Assembly (NCBI GenBank): GCA_913049815.1 | Contig: CAJWYI010000001.1 | Coordinates: 9,700-73,699, forward strand | From: an uncultured Gammaproteobacteria bacterium | GTDB taxonomy: Bacteria; Pseudomonadota; Gammaproteobacteria; Pseudomonadales; Azotimanducaceae | Direction of reading: 5' to 3' | DNA length: 64,000 nucleotides | Shown: positions 19,242 through 27,933 of the stretch, one piece after another | Layout: each line of letters opens with the position of its first letter | How positions within the stretch are numbered: position 1 is the first letter of the stretch | Translations under genes and position numbers: made by a program | The notes under the pieces: model-generated | What the model saw: only the letters and a program-made list of their open reading frames with translations | What the model was told of the DNA's origin: nothing | Database searches by the model: none

Positions 19242-20039
19242 TTAGTAATCCTCACCTCGCGGTGCACGCTCTACGCCAGTGTCCGCCCGCGCTTCACGTA
19301 GCTCCTGTCCTGCAAGCTTACCCATCCAGGCGGTGTCGCTTCCCAGCATGACCATGTCAAACCCGTGCTTCAGCCAACGTTTGGTGAACTCTAAACTGCC
19401 TGTGTGTGCGCCAACGTGAATACCGTGCTTTCGTGCCGTGTCATAGATGTGGTGGACGGTTTCAACGTGCTTTGGATCATCATTGTCGCCTCGTGGTGGC
19501 AGGCCGATGGCGTAGGCCAGATCTGAAGGTCCGATATAGACTGCATCTAGACCCGGGGTTGAGCAGATTTCATCGAGGTTCTGGAGAGCTTCTGCCGTTT
19601 CAATCATTGCGATGACCGCGATCTCGTCGTTAGCGTGCTGAACGTAACCGCGGCCCCCATACATACCTGCACGAATCGGTCCCATTGACCGCATGCCATC
19701 TGGTGGATAGCGGCAGGCCGCCACCGCTTTTTCGGCCTCTTCACGATTGTTGACCAAAGGCACAATGACGCCGTACGCGCCCGCATCCAGCACTTTCATC
19801 ATGATGTAGGGCTCGTTCCACGGTACCCGAACGAACGGCATGGTGTCGGACAGTGAAATAGCCGGCAACATGTCCCGAACATCGTTGTAGTCCAGCAGGC
19901 CGTGCTGCATATCCAGACACAACCAGTCAAAACCGGTTCGACCCATCATTTCCGCCACGTAGACAGAATCACAGGAAATCCAACCGCCAATGGTCTGCTT
20001 GCCATTTTTCCAGGCGTTCTTCACGCTGTTTGGGCGCAT
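19242..20039 (-). CDS. HpcH/HpaI family 2-keto-3-deoxy-acid aldolase
   Basis: 265-aa ORF. The N-terminal KNAWKNGKQTIGGW and the overall pattern are typical of HpaI/RhmA-type class II aldolases. Confidence 0.8.
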   Translation of the reverse strand: MRPNSVKNAWKNGKQTIGGWISCDSVYVAEMMGRTGFDWLCLDMQHGLLDYNDVRDMLPAISLSDTMPFVRVPWNEPYIMMKVLDAGAYGVIVPLVNNREEAEKAVAACRYPPDGMRSMGPIRAGMYGGRGYVQHANDEIAVIAMIETAEALQNLDEICSTPGLDAVYIGPSDLAYAIGLPPRGDNDDPKHVETVHHIYDTARKHGIHVGAHTGSLEFTKRWLKHGFDMVMLGSDTAWMGKLAGQELREARADTGVERAPRGEDY

Positions 20040-20114
20040 AAAGCTCTCTCGTTTTGCTCCTTCAGGGAGCGGGCATCATCTGCGAATGCCGGGTGCAGGT
20101 CAAGTCGCGCCAAA

Positions 20115-20137
20115 GTGTGATCAAACACGAATCACAC
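20115..20137. promoter_or_regulatory. inverted repeat GTGTGAT-N9-ATCACAC, possible operator upstream of the aldolase gene
   Basis: Read directly from the sequence, about 75-100 nt upstream of the aldolase start (20039, minus strand). Confidence 0.25.
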
Positions 20138-20194
20138 CTCAGTAGAACTGGTTATCAACGGTTACGTATTTTCAGTGGGTGTCGTATAAAACAA

Positions 20195-20836
20195 TTACTC
20201 AGATAGGTAAAACGTACTCAACTCATCCGGAGTCGACAACAGGTAGGTGGGACCCTCCAGTAGCAGTTCTTCCTTTGACCCATATCCCCACAACACACCC
20301 GCCGATTGAAGTCCGTTCAGGGCGGCCGCAGCGAGGTCAAATCGTCGATCACCGATCATGATAGCCGGCCCCTCAATGGTCCCGGCGTCCAGCAAGCGGC
20401 CGAGCTGCATATCTTTTGTCAATCCAATATCACCGCCACTGACGAAATCGAAACAGTCGATCAACTCGTGCTGCATCAAGACACGTTCCACCATGTCGAC
20501 ACGTTTGGTAGAACATACGCCCATGGTGACACCCTCATCGAGCAGTTCGGACAACCCGCCGATAATGCCATCGTAGAGCACGTTCTCCGCAAAACCGATC
20601 TCAATGTAGCGCTCACGATACTTCTCAATCAGCTCACCAATAAAATCCGGATCTTCGGTCTGCGTCAGAATCGCGATGGACTCATCCAGAGGAGGGCCGA
20701 CATGCGCGCGCAGATCATCCTCCGAGACGGATTCCAAACCAAAATGGTCGAACGCGTAGTTAATGGACAGCGTAAATCCCTTCAGAGGGTCACTCAGCGT
20801 TCCATCGAGGTCGAAAATCAGTGTGGGTGTTGTCAA
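20195..20836 (-). CDS. HAD-superfamily hydrolase (phosphoglycolate phosphatase-like)
   Basis: Motif I FDLDGTL, cap domain, C-terminal GD..D motif (MIGDRRFD). TTG start with a GGAG SD. Confidence 0.85.
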   Translation of the reverse strand: MTTPTLIFDLDGTLSDPLKGFTLSINYAFDHFGLESVSEDDLRAHVGPPLDESIAILTQTEDPDFIGELIEKYRERYIEIGFAENVLYDGIIGGLSELLDEGVTMGVCSTKRVDMVERVLMQHELIDCFDFVSGGDIGLTKDMQLGRLLDAGTIEGPAIMIGDRRFDLAAAALNGLQSAGVLWGYGSKEELLLEGPTYLLSTPDELSTFYLSE

Positions 20837-20926
20837 TCTAATGGACTCCGAAAAACCTGCATAGGTCCGATTGGAACGTCCAGTGGACCAGATCGCACTT
20901 CTTGAAACTGCCCATGGGTATAGCGA

Positions 20927-21343
20927 TCAATCACTCGCCGCCATAACGCAGTCGCGCCAGTAGCAAATCAGGCTGTCATACTCAAATGTGATGTGGGCAC
21001 CTACCTCTTCCCACGCGAACTCGCTCAGATCATACAGATAAAGTTGAAGCAACTGTTCCATGATCGAAAGCTGCTGCTTTGTCGCAATCCGAATCTCCAA
21101 CATCGTATCAACACAATCGGTTGGACCACTCACCCGGAGTTGATACAGCATGCCGGTTTCCGCATTGACCCACCATTGATTGCTATCCGGCTATACCGCG
21201 GTGAAGCTGTGGGAAATCATCGATCTCTCCGGGCTTTGCGTAATGCTCGCGCTGGCTGCAATCGCCTTTGCATAGATCTCGTCGACCGCCACAACTTGGG
21301 AAGACCAGATGAGCGGGAAGACTTCGCGCGTGCCTTCCCACAT
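20927..21343 (-). pseudogene. decayed locus: a 137-codon frame interrupted by one amber codon; its 3' part is an N-terminal fragment of a GNAT-type acetyltransferase
   Basis: ATG at 21343 lies 4 nt after the stop of 21348..21899. The frame continues to 20927 with a single TAG at 21191-21193. The segment MLEIRIATKQQL..LLQLYLYDLSEF....FEYDSL..YW matches the N-terminus of a GNAT subfamily, but the acetyl-CoA-binding part is absent. Confidence 0.4.
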
Positions 21344-21347
21344 CGAA

Positions 21348-21899
21348 TCAGGACTCAGCCTTCTTGCGGATGAAGATCGACGAGATCAGTCCGATCAGTG
21401 TCCCGGTAATTAGGAGGGAAACACCGCTTGCCAACGGAGCGACTGCCGGACCACTCATAGTTCGAGCCGTCGCGAGTTGGGTATCAATCTGCTCTTCGGT
21501 CATCCCTATCTGACGCCATTGTTCCACCGTTGTCTCGAGCGTTCGTTCTACGACGCCCGGATCAATAATACTGAGGTAAATCGCACTGTAGATGCCCGTC
21601 ACTATTCCAAAATACAGGACTGCGACAACCCCAACACCGAGCGCCTCCCCATAGTCAATGGGCGGCTGCTCCGATTGCCGGTAGCTGACCTGTGCCCAGA
21701 TCATCGTACCGATCATCAACAGAAACCCGACTAACCCGGTGGACCAGTGTTGTGTCATGTCCACAAAAAAATAGACCAGCGAGAATGCCACCGAGACGCC
21801 GCCACCAATGGCGCCGTATTTCAGGCTGAACGCGAAGATCGAGGTGTCCTCCTCGAAATCGGCACTGGGTGGTTGGCTGCTGGTTTCGTTCTCAGACAT
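21348..21899 (-). CDS. DUF4199-like multi-pass membrane protein
   Basis: 183 aa with about four hydrophobic segments. N-terminal LKYGAIGG pattern as in DUF4199. GAGGGA SD. Confidence 0.6.
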   Translation of the reverse strand: MSENETSSQPPSADFEEDTSIFAFSLKYGAIGGGVSVAFSLVYFFVDMTQHWSTGLVGFLLMIGTMIWAQVSYRQSEQPPIDYGEALGVGVVAVLYFGIVTGIYSAIYLSIIDPGVVERTLETTVEQWRQIGMTEEQIDTQLATARTMSGPAVAPLASGVSLLITGTLIGLISSIFIRKKAES

Positions 21900-21982
21900 A
21901 GTTCAATTCCCTCAGCTTCCTTGTTCAACCACATTAGTACACCGATGTATCATCGATGCAACCAACATCCACCTGCTTCGGA

Positions 21983-23167
21983 TCAGGCGGACGCCATCTG
22001 GTCCCGAACCCGTTTAGTCAGATCATCATCCGTTGTGATGGCGAACAAACCGGCAGGTCCCATGATCTTGTGTACCATCAAGTTGTCGAGCTCCTTGCAA
22101 TCTCGCGCCGTCAACTGGTCCGCAGTATCGCTTTCAAGAAACATCTTGTACATATTCGAAGTGTCCATAAACGGAATGATAAACCCGGGAATGAATGCCT
22201 GAATCATGGCGCCACGCTTACGATCGGTATTGTTGACGCCAGCTCGGTGCCACGTCCGGGAATCGTAGAGCACCATCGATCCAGCAGGTGCAACGATGAC
22301 ATCGGTATCCGGACCCCCGTATGGCAAGCCGTGTTCCGCTCGGTATCCCCTGCGGAATGTATGGTTGGTGATACCCCACTCATCAGGCGGTGCGGCATTC
22401 GAAGCGTGGCTACCCAGCTTGAAAATCGTCGCACCGTTCTCCTGAGTGAACTCCGAGATGCAGGTATTGCGCTGCATGCCCAACACCAGATCGCCTGATG
22501 GCAACGGCACACGATCGCCGGTACCCCACAAATATGGAAAGTCCGTGTGCCACCCTTGAACCTCTCTCTTACCGTCATCACGCGTCAGCGCAGAAACGCC
22601 CGGTGGGTGCCCAAGTTTCACATCACGTGTCTGCATATATTCGCGCATTATCCACAGGGAGATGGGTTCAACGGTCACTTTCGTCATTGCTGGATGTACG
22701 ATCGGATTCACTCGTTCAGGTGATTCGTTCTCGTAATCGTCAACGCATCCGATGCGCTGGAGATCGTCGACCACGCTGGGCGACAGAATACAGGTCAAGG
22801 AGACCCATCCTTTCTCTCGCAATTCCGCGAGATACTCCGAGGGCAATCGTTCAGGACCGTGGTTAACCATAAAGTCCGCAGCTTCGCCGGTGCGCCCACC
22901 ACTCGACACCGCATCGCCCACGAGGGTCAGTTGCGTGGTGTGTTCGATCTCAGTGCTGGTGGCACCTATGGAAATATCGGCTACGGCATGACTGAAGCCG
23001 GCTCCATCGACTCTCCAAATGGCCGCATCATTGACATAACTCTGAGTCGTCAACACGCCGCTGTCATCGACACAGAGCCAGTCCCCATTGGCGTTATTCA
23101 AATAGGAAAAGCGCTCACCCGTTGCCTCCACCCGGACAACCGTTGAATCGTAGACCGGCCGTGACAT
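21983..23167 (-). CDS. PhyH-family Fe(II)/2OG oxygenase with an unassigned N-terminal domain of about 110 aa (paralog of 53696..54925)
   Basis: H-x-D motif (GWHTDFPY) and distal His (SRTWHRAG). GGAGAGGA SD. About half of the residues are identical to the 409-aa ORF at 53696, judged by eye. Confidence 0.8.
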   Translation of the reverse strand: MSRPVYDSTVVRVEATGERFSYLNNANGDWLCVDDSGVLTTQSYVNDAAIWRVDGAGFSHAVADISIGATSTEIEHTTQLTLVGDAVSSGGRTGEAADFMVNHGPERLPSEYLAELREKGWVSLTCILSPSVVDDLQRIGCVDDYENESPERVNPIVHPAMTKVTVEPISLWIMREYMQTRDVKLGHPPGVSALTRDDGKREVQGWHTDFPYLWGTGDRVPLPSGDLVLGMQRNTCISEFTQENGATIFKLGSHASNAAPPDEWGITNHTFRRGYRAEHGLPYGGPDTDVIVAPAGSMVLYDSRTWHRAGVNNTDRKRGAMIQAFIPGFIIPFMDTSNMYKMFLESDTADQLTARDCKELDNLMVHKIMGPAGLFAITTDDDLTKRVRDQMASA

Positions 23168-23198
23168 TTTCCTCTCCTCATTTATTCACTAGTTACAG

Positions 23199-23597
23199 TT
23201 GCGCATTGTACACCGGTTGGGATGGGTGTTTGTCGGAAGGACGAGATCCTGGCTTCATCCCTTGGCCCTATATCTGCGCCCTTCGCCCTTCGCCCTTCGC
23301 CCTTCAAACCGCACCATGGCAAAGCGGCTTGCGGAATCAGGTTACGCCATACTCGTTGTGAATCCATCCTATCTTGACACCCGCGCACCAGTCCTGGTGT
23401 AGGGCGCATCACTAAGGGATCAGGAAGCGCTTCGAAAAGCCCATCAGTGCGCGGGATTGAATGCAGAGGTCGATTACACGAAGGCGCGGCATGGATTCTG
23501 CTCTTTGGACTCACAGGCATACCTCGATATACAGGCGGAGAAGGCATGAGCTCGCCTGCCCCACCTTCCATCGCAATCTGATCTAACGACTGAGTAA
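23199..23597 (+). pseudogene. dienelactone hydrolase (DLH) gene fossil
   Basis: A single frame contains MAKRLAESGYAILVVNP (DLH N-terminal region), TAG at 23400, then ...YTKARHGFC...AEKA, TGA at 23547 where Trp is expected, then ARL... The central catalytic part is missing. An intact DLH paralog lies at 39848..40519. Confidence 0.5.
23278..23305. repeat. tandem heptanucleotide repeat (GCCCTTC)x4
   Basis: Read directly from the sequence: gcccttc gcccttc gcccttc gcccttc, inside the DLH fossil. Confidence 0.85.
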
Positions 23598-23601
23598 AGG
23601 T

Positions 23602-24768
23602 CTAACCAAACGCACCGTCGTTTCGCATCGACTTTATTTCGTCGTCAGAGTAGCCCAGTTCGCGCGCGACAGCTTCATTATCGGCCCCAACATCGGGTGC
23701 AGAGAAGTTGATCTCACCCGGTTCGTTCTGGAACTTAATGGGAATGCCAAGGTGTTCATGACCTCGCTCATCCGTCACAACCATATCTCGCGCACGAACC
23801 TGAGGGTCGTCCATCGCTTCCCTTAGGTTGTTCACCGGTGCAAATGCCGCGTCTACATCCTCGAACCACTCGATCCATTCCGCCTGTGTTCGTGTCTTAA
23901 ATGTATCCCTGAAAAACGCTCGAACGGGCTCCTGGCTAGGTCCTGGAGGTGGCTCGCACAATGGAATGAGATCTCGGCGCTCAAGTTTATTTAATACCGC
24001 TTCCGCAAAATGGATCTCAGAAGCACCGAGCACAATAAACCGCTCGTCTTTCGTCTCATAGATGTTGTACATCGCATAGCCCCCCCAGATCCGCTCATCC
24101 TTCACAGTTGGTGGTACTTTCTCAGCAAACACAGCCCCCATGGAGTTCGGCAGACTCGCGACGAGAGAGTCCATCATGGCAAGGTCAATATAGTCTCCCT
24201 GACCTGTCGTGTGTCGCCGGAACAGAGCCATCACAACGGCTGACAACCCCAACATACTTGTCAACATATCGGCAGCCGGGACGGCCGGAATCGCTGGCTT
24301 GCCATCAAACCCAAGATTCGTCGAGATCACGCCAGCATAGGCCTCGGTCGCCAGATCGTGCGCCGGCTTTTTGACATAGGGACCTGTCTGGCCAAATGCA
24401 GACAGGGACGCATAGATCACACGTGGGTTGATCGCCGAGACGGCGTCGTAATCGAGTCCCAACCGATTGATGACACCCGGACGAAATGCCTCAATGACAA
24501 CGTCCGCGCGCTCCGCAAGCTTCAGAGACATCTCCCGACCCGATTTGTTCTTCAAATCGAGTTGCACACTACGTTTTCCCCGGTGGGTATTCGCGAAGTA
24601 CACAGAAACGCCATCGCGTTTCGGACCAATTTCGCGATTCGGTTCCCCGCCACCACGCACGGGTTCCAGCTTTACCACTTCAGCACCGTGATCTGCCATC
24701 ATCTGGGTCAGCAGCGGACCCGGTAGGAACAGCGACAGATCCAGTACACGCACACCTTCCAGCTTCAT
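23602..24768 (-). CDS. family III CoA-transferase (CaiB/BaiF-like)
   Basis: MKLEGVRVLDLS..LPGP N-terminus typical of the family. Start moved to the ATG at 24768 (GAGGAA SD). The track ORF begins at 24891. Confidence 0.85.
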   Translation of the reverse strand: MKLEGVRVLDLSLFLPGPLLTQMMADHGAEVVKLEPVRGGGEPNREIGPKRDGVSVYFANTHRGKRSVQLDLKNKSGREMSLKLAERADVVIEAFRPGVINRLGLDYDAVSAINPRVIYASLSAFGQTGPYVKKPAHDLATEAYAGVISTNLGFDGKPAIPAVPAADMLTSMLGLSAVVMALFRRHTTGQGDYIDLAMMDSLVASLPNSMGAVFAEKVPPTVKDERIWGGYAMYNIYETKDERFIVLGASEIHFAEAVLNKLERRDLIPLCEPPPGPSQEPVRAFFRDTFKTRTQAEWIEWFEDVDAAFAPVNNLREAMDDPQVRARDMVVTDERGHEHLGIPIKFQNEPGEINFSAPDVGADNEAVARELGYSDDEIKSMRNDGAFG

Positions 24769-24914
24769 CTGTTTCCTCTTCCGTTCGGCCCCATTTACTC
24801 GCGGGGGGAGTTTGTCATCGCAACCGAGTTTAAGACAATGCTGGCGACAATTGCGCTGCGCCACTTGTTCACCTATGGTCGATCTTTGCATCCATCGATT
24901 CTTTGAGGATCTCT

Positions 24915-25676
24915 ATGAAACCAGTGTGTCTTGTGATCGGCGCGGGAGCCGGTATTGGAGGTACGGTCGGTAAGCGATTCGCCGCGGAGGGTTACCACGC
25001 GGTCCTGTGTCGCCGTAGCGATCAAGCCGGTCTGGACACATTGATCAGCGATATCGAAGCCGGCGGCGGGAGCGCCAGTGGCTACCTTTTGAACGCGGTA
25101 GACGAAGGTACGATCGAGGAGCGGGTCGCGGATATCGAAGCCAATATCGGTCCTATTGAAGTGGTTGTATTCAACCTGGGCGCGCAGATTGGCAATCGCC
25201 CACTCGCGGAAACGAGCTACAAGGCATTTGAACTGGGGTGGAGGATGGCAACGTTTGCGCTCTTTCGCCTGGCGCAGTGTGTCTGTCCGAAGATGGTGGC
25301 ACGCGGAAAAGGCTGCATTCTCGTCACCTCCGCCACCTCAGCCATGCGCGGCAACAAAGGACAGCATTCCCATTCCGCGGCCATGGGTGGAAGACGCCTG
25401 CTCTGCCAGTCATTGAACGCGGAATTCGCCAGCCAAGGTGTCCACGTCGCCCACATCGTGGTTGACGGCTCTGTCGATGCACCGGATACCCTGGGCAAGA
25501 TGATTGGTAAGGAGCAGTTTAAACGACTGCGGGAAACCAAAGGGGCTGAGGACGGCCTGATGCTTCCCGCCGAAATCGCCGACACCTACTACCATGTGGC
25601 GAAACAGCATCGATCCACATGGACGTTTGAGATGGACCTGCGAGCCTTCTCAGATCTAGCCTGGTGGAATCACTGA
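24915..25676 (+). CDS. short-chain dehydrogenase/reductase (SDR) family oxidoreductase
   Basis: Rossmann motif GAGAGIGG. ATG at 24915 with GAGGA upstream (the track uses the TTG at 24903). Divergent from the CoA-transferase. Confidence 0.85.
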   Translation: MKPVCLVIGAGAGIGGTVGKRFAAEGYHAVLCRRSDQAGLDTLISDIEAGGGSASGYLLNAVDEGTIEERVADIEANIGPIEVVVFNLGAQIGNRPLAETSYKAFELGWRMATFALFRLAQCVCPKMVARGKGCILVTSATSAMRGNKGQHSHSAAMGGRRLLCQSLNAEFASQGVHVAHIVVDGSVDAPDTLGKMIGKEQFKRLRETKGAEDGLMLPAEIADTYYHVAKQHRSTWTFEMDLRAFSDLAWWNH

Positions 25677-25839
25677 ATCTCCTTTTTGACGGTCAACATG
25701 ACTTCTTTCAGTAGCGATGCCTGGTCGACGCCCGACCCGTCCGGATCAATGACGGAGGTCGGTCCATAGCTTATCCTTTGATGTCTCGCATCCGTTACGT
25801 CATTCCGAATATCGGGTACCTGACAACACGCGGCGACCC

Positions 25840-27597
25840 TCAATGCAATAGGACTATGAGGGCATCCAGTGAGAGGTACAACATCAGTACAATCAAAAGG
25901 TATATCGCCATCAGCCGAATTGATGTTGTCTGACCAACCATCGTGACCAGACCCCGCGCTACAAGAACACCGATTCGGTAGAGCCCATCACCTATATAGA
26001 GTGCCGATCGCTCACCAATTTTTGAGAGGTGCGGCAATAGAGCGGCTGTCGAACGCGGTACGACCTTGCGATAGATCCAGTCCACATCCAGATTCACCGA
26101 AGGTAACTCGGGTGGATACCACCCCCTCAAATTCAGCCAGACAAACGCCAGTGCAGAGAACCAGAGCAACTGCAATTGGGCCAGCACATGCGTAGCGTCG
26201 TACGGTGTGTAATCCATATCAAAAGGCAACATCTGGTATAGCAACGTCGGATAGATGCCGATACCAATACACAATACTGCAGCGATACTCATGGCAATCA
26301 GCACGTTGGTGGGCGGCTCGGAAGGTCGTAACCCACTATCGTGAGCAAAGAATGCAAAGTAGGGGATTTTGATACCCGCGTGATGGAACACACCCGCAGA
26401 AGCAAACAGCAGCGCCAGCCAGACCCATTCATAGTGTTCTTCCAGTACCGCGGTGACAATCATCGCCTTGCTGACAAAACCGGAGAGAAGAGGGAATGCT
26501 GAAATCGACATGGCCCCGACAATACAGAGCACCGTGGTCTTCGGCATCGTGCGATACAATCCGCCCAGTTCCGAGCCGTTGATTCTCCCTGTTTGCATCA
26601 GCACAGCGCCCATCGACATGAACAGCAGTCCTTTGAAGATTACGTCGTTGAACGCATGTGCAACCGCCCCGTTGACAGCAAGCGTGGTACCGACACCGAT
26701 ACCACACACCATGAAACCCAACTGGTTGATCATGCTGTAAGCCAGCACACGACGAAGATCATTCTCGATGACGGCGTAGAAAATTGGAAAGCACGTCATC
26801 GTCACACCGATATAGACAAGCAGTTCCTCCCCTTGAAAACCCCTCGCCAATGCATAGACCGCAACCTTGGTGGTAATGGCTGCCATGAAGACTGCGCCAG
26901 CTTCCGTCGCCGCGGGGTAGGCTTCTGTAATCCATCCGTGGAGTAGCGGGAACCCACATTTGATACCAAAGGCAATCAGGATAAGCCATCCCGCAGGACC
27001 ATCCAGGCCGATATGATTGAAGAGCAGTGAGCCCGTCTGCCCATAGAGATACAACGCACCCGCCAGCAACAGAAGTCCCGACACTACCTGCACCAGCAGA
27101 TATCGCATCCCCGCACCCATTGACTCCGGTTGTCTTCGAGCCCAAATGAACCCCACAGACGAGAGTGCCAGTAGCTCCCAGAAGATAAATAATGTGAGTA
27201 GATCACCCGCAAAGACGGCACCCAGGGCACTTCCGACATAGCACATGGCGCTCACGGACTGGAGTCGGTCACGGACATGCATGGCGTAGATCACACCAAT
27301 CAAGGCGGCAATGTTAAATAGCAGCGCAAACAACAAGGACAGGGCATCGACACGCAGGATCACGAGCGACATGTCGAGCAACGCCAACGTTACATTAGGC
27401 TGGACCGCGACCATGACAACAAGTTGGAACACCGTCAAAAACGGCATCGCAAACATCACCACACGACCAACGCGGTGACTTGACCAGAGCACAGTTAACG
27501 CCGCCAGAAAGTAAATAATCGCGGGTGGTATAAGTGCGAGAGTCTGGAATTGAGCCGCCCATTCAAGAAACGAGACAATGAACGCGCTTTCCATCAC
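25840..27597 (-). CDS. NuoL/MrpA-N-terminal-like proton-conducting antiporter subunit with a C-terminal amphipathic extension and a terminal TM
   Basis: 585 aa, Proton_antipo_M-type sequence. The last ~100 aa (NLDVDWIYRKV...GLYRIGVLVARGL... then a hydrophobic helix) resemble a lateral helix plus anchor. The start overlaps the stop of 27594..27905. Confidence 0.8.
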   Translation of the reverse strand: MMESAFIVSFLEWAAQFQTLALIPPAIIYFLAALTVLWSSHRVGRVVMFAMPFLTVFQLVVMVAVQPNVTLALLDMSLVILRVDALSLLFALLFNIAALIGVIYAMHVRDRLQSVSAMCYVGSALGAVFAGDLLTLFIFWELLALSSVGFIWARRQPESMGAGMRYLLVQVVSGLLLLAGALYLYGQTGSLLFNHIGLDGPAGWLILIAFGIKCGFPLLHGWITEAYPAATEAGAVFMAAITTKVAVYALARGFQGEELLVYIGVTMTCFPIFYAVIENDLRRVLAYSMINQLGFMVCGIGVGTTLAVNGAVAHAFNDVIFKGLLFMSMGAVLMQTGRINGSELGGLYRTMPKTTVLCIVGAMSISAFPLLSGFVSKAMIVTAVLEEHYEWVWLALLFASAGVFHHAGIKIPYFAFFAHDSGLRPSEPPTNVLIAMSIAAVLCIGIGIYPTLLYQMLPFDMDYTPYDATHVLAQLQLLWFSALAFVWLNLRGWYPPELPSVNLDVDWIYRKVVPRSTAALLPHLSKIGERSALYIGDGLYRIGVLVARGLVTMVGQTTSIRLMAIYLLIVLMLYLSLDALIVLLH

Positions 27598-27905
27598 GAC
27601 CGATCCTCATCGTGGGGGGAGATACTGCCGCTATCGAGAGGTACCTCGTCTAGCGTCTTCTCTACGTCCGCCAGTTCGTCATAGTAGTCCTGCGGCCGCA
27701 TCACGATACGTCGCATCGCCGTCGCTGCGAATACCAACACAACACACGCGACGAAGCCGAACAGTGGATAGAAGGCAAACCAGGATTCAGCCGGATGGCT
27801 GACATGCCTATGAATCAGAACATCAGCAAAAACAAGGCAAGCCGCGAGACCATAGAAGACATACAGCAGACGCTGGACGGCGGTGGGTACAGTGGGCTTA
27901 CTCAT
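27594..27905 (-). CDS. 103-aa two-TM protein with an acidic tail, embedded in the Mrp-like operon; no family assigned
   Basis: Two hydrophobic helices (LLYVFYGLAACLVFADVLI and FAFYPLFGFVACVVLVFAATAM), then DYYDELADVEKTLDEVPLD...DEDRS. The stop overlaps the next gene's start. Confidence 0.6.
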   Translation of the reverse strand: MSKPTVPTAVQRLLYVFYGLAACLVFADVLIHRHVSHPAESWFAFYPLFGFVACVVLVFAATAMRRIVMRPQDYYDELADVEKTLDEVPLDSGSISPHDEDRS

Positions 27906-27933
27906 TGCAATGACTCATCAATGCTGAGGCTCA

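Noticed and set aside
20115-20137. GTGTGAT-N9-ATCACAC read as a CRP/FNR-type binding site.
   Set aside because: The TGTGA and TCACA half-sites are separated by 11 nt rather than the 6 nt of the CRP consensus, so the element is kept only as a generic inverted repeat.
20306-20905. Long ORFs antisense to annotated genes. Examples: 20306..20905 opposite the HAD gene, 39842..40495 opposite DLH, 46254..47108 opposite the esterase, 56883..57479 opposite the amidohydrolase, 5387..5833 and 28502..28843.
   Set aside because: Each lies fully inside a gene with clear family motifs on the other strand, has no SD and translates to low-complexity Arg/Ser/Pro-rich sequence. These are typical shadow ORFs.
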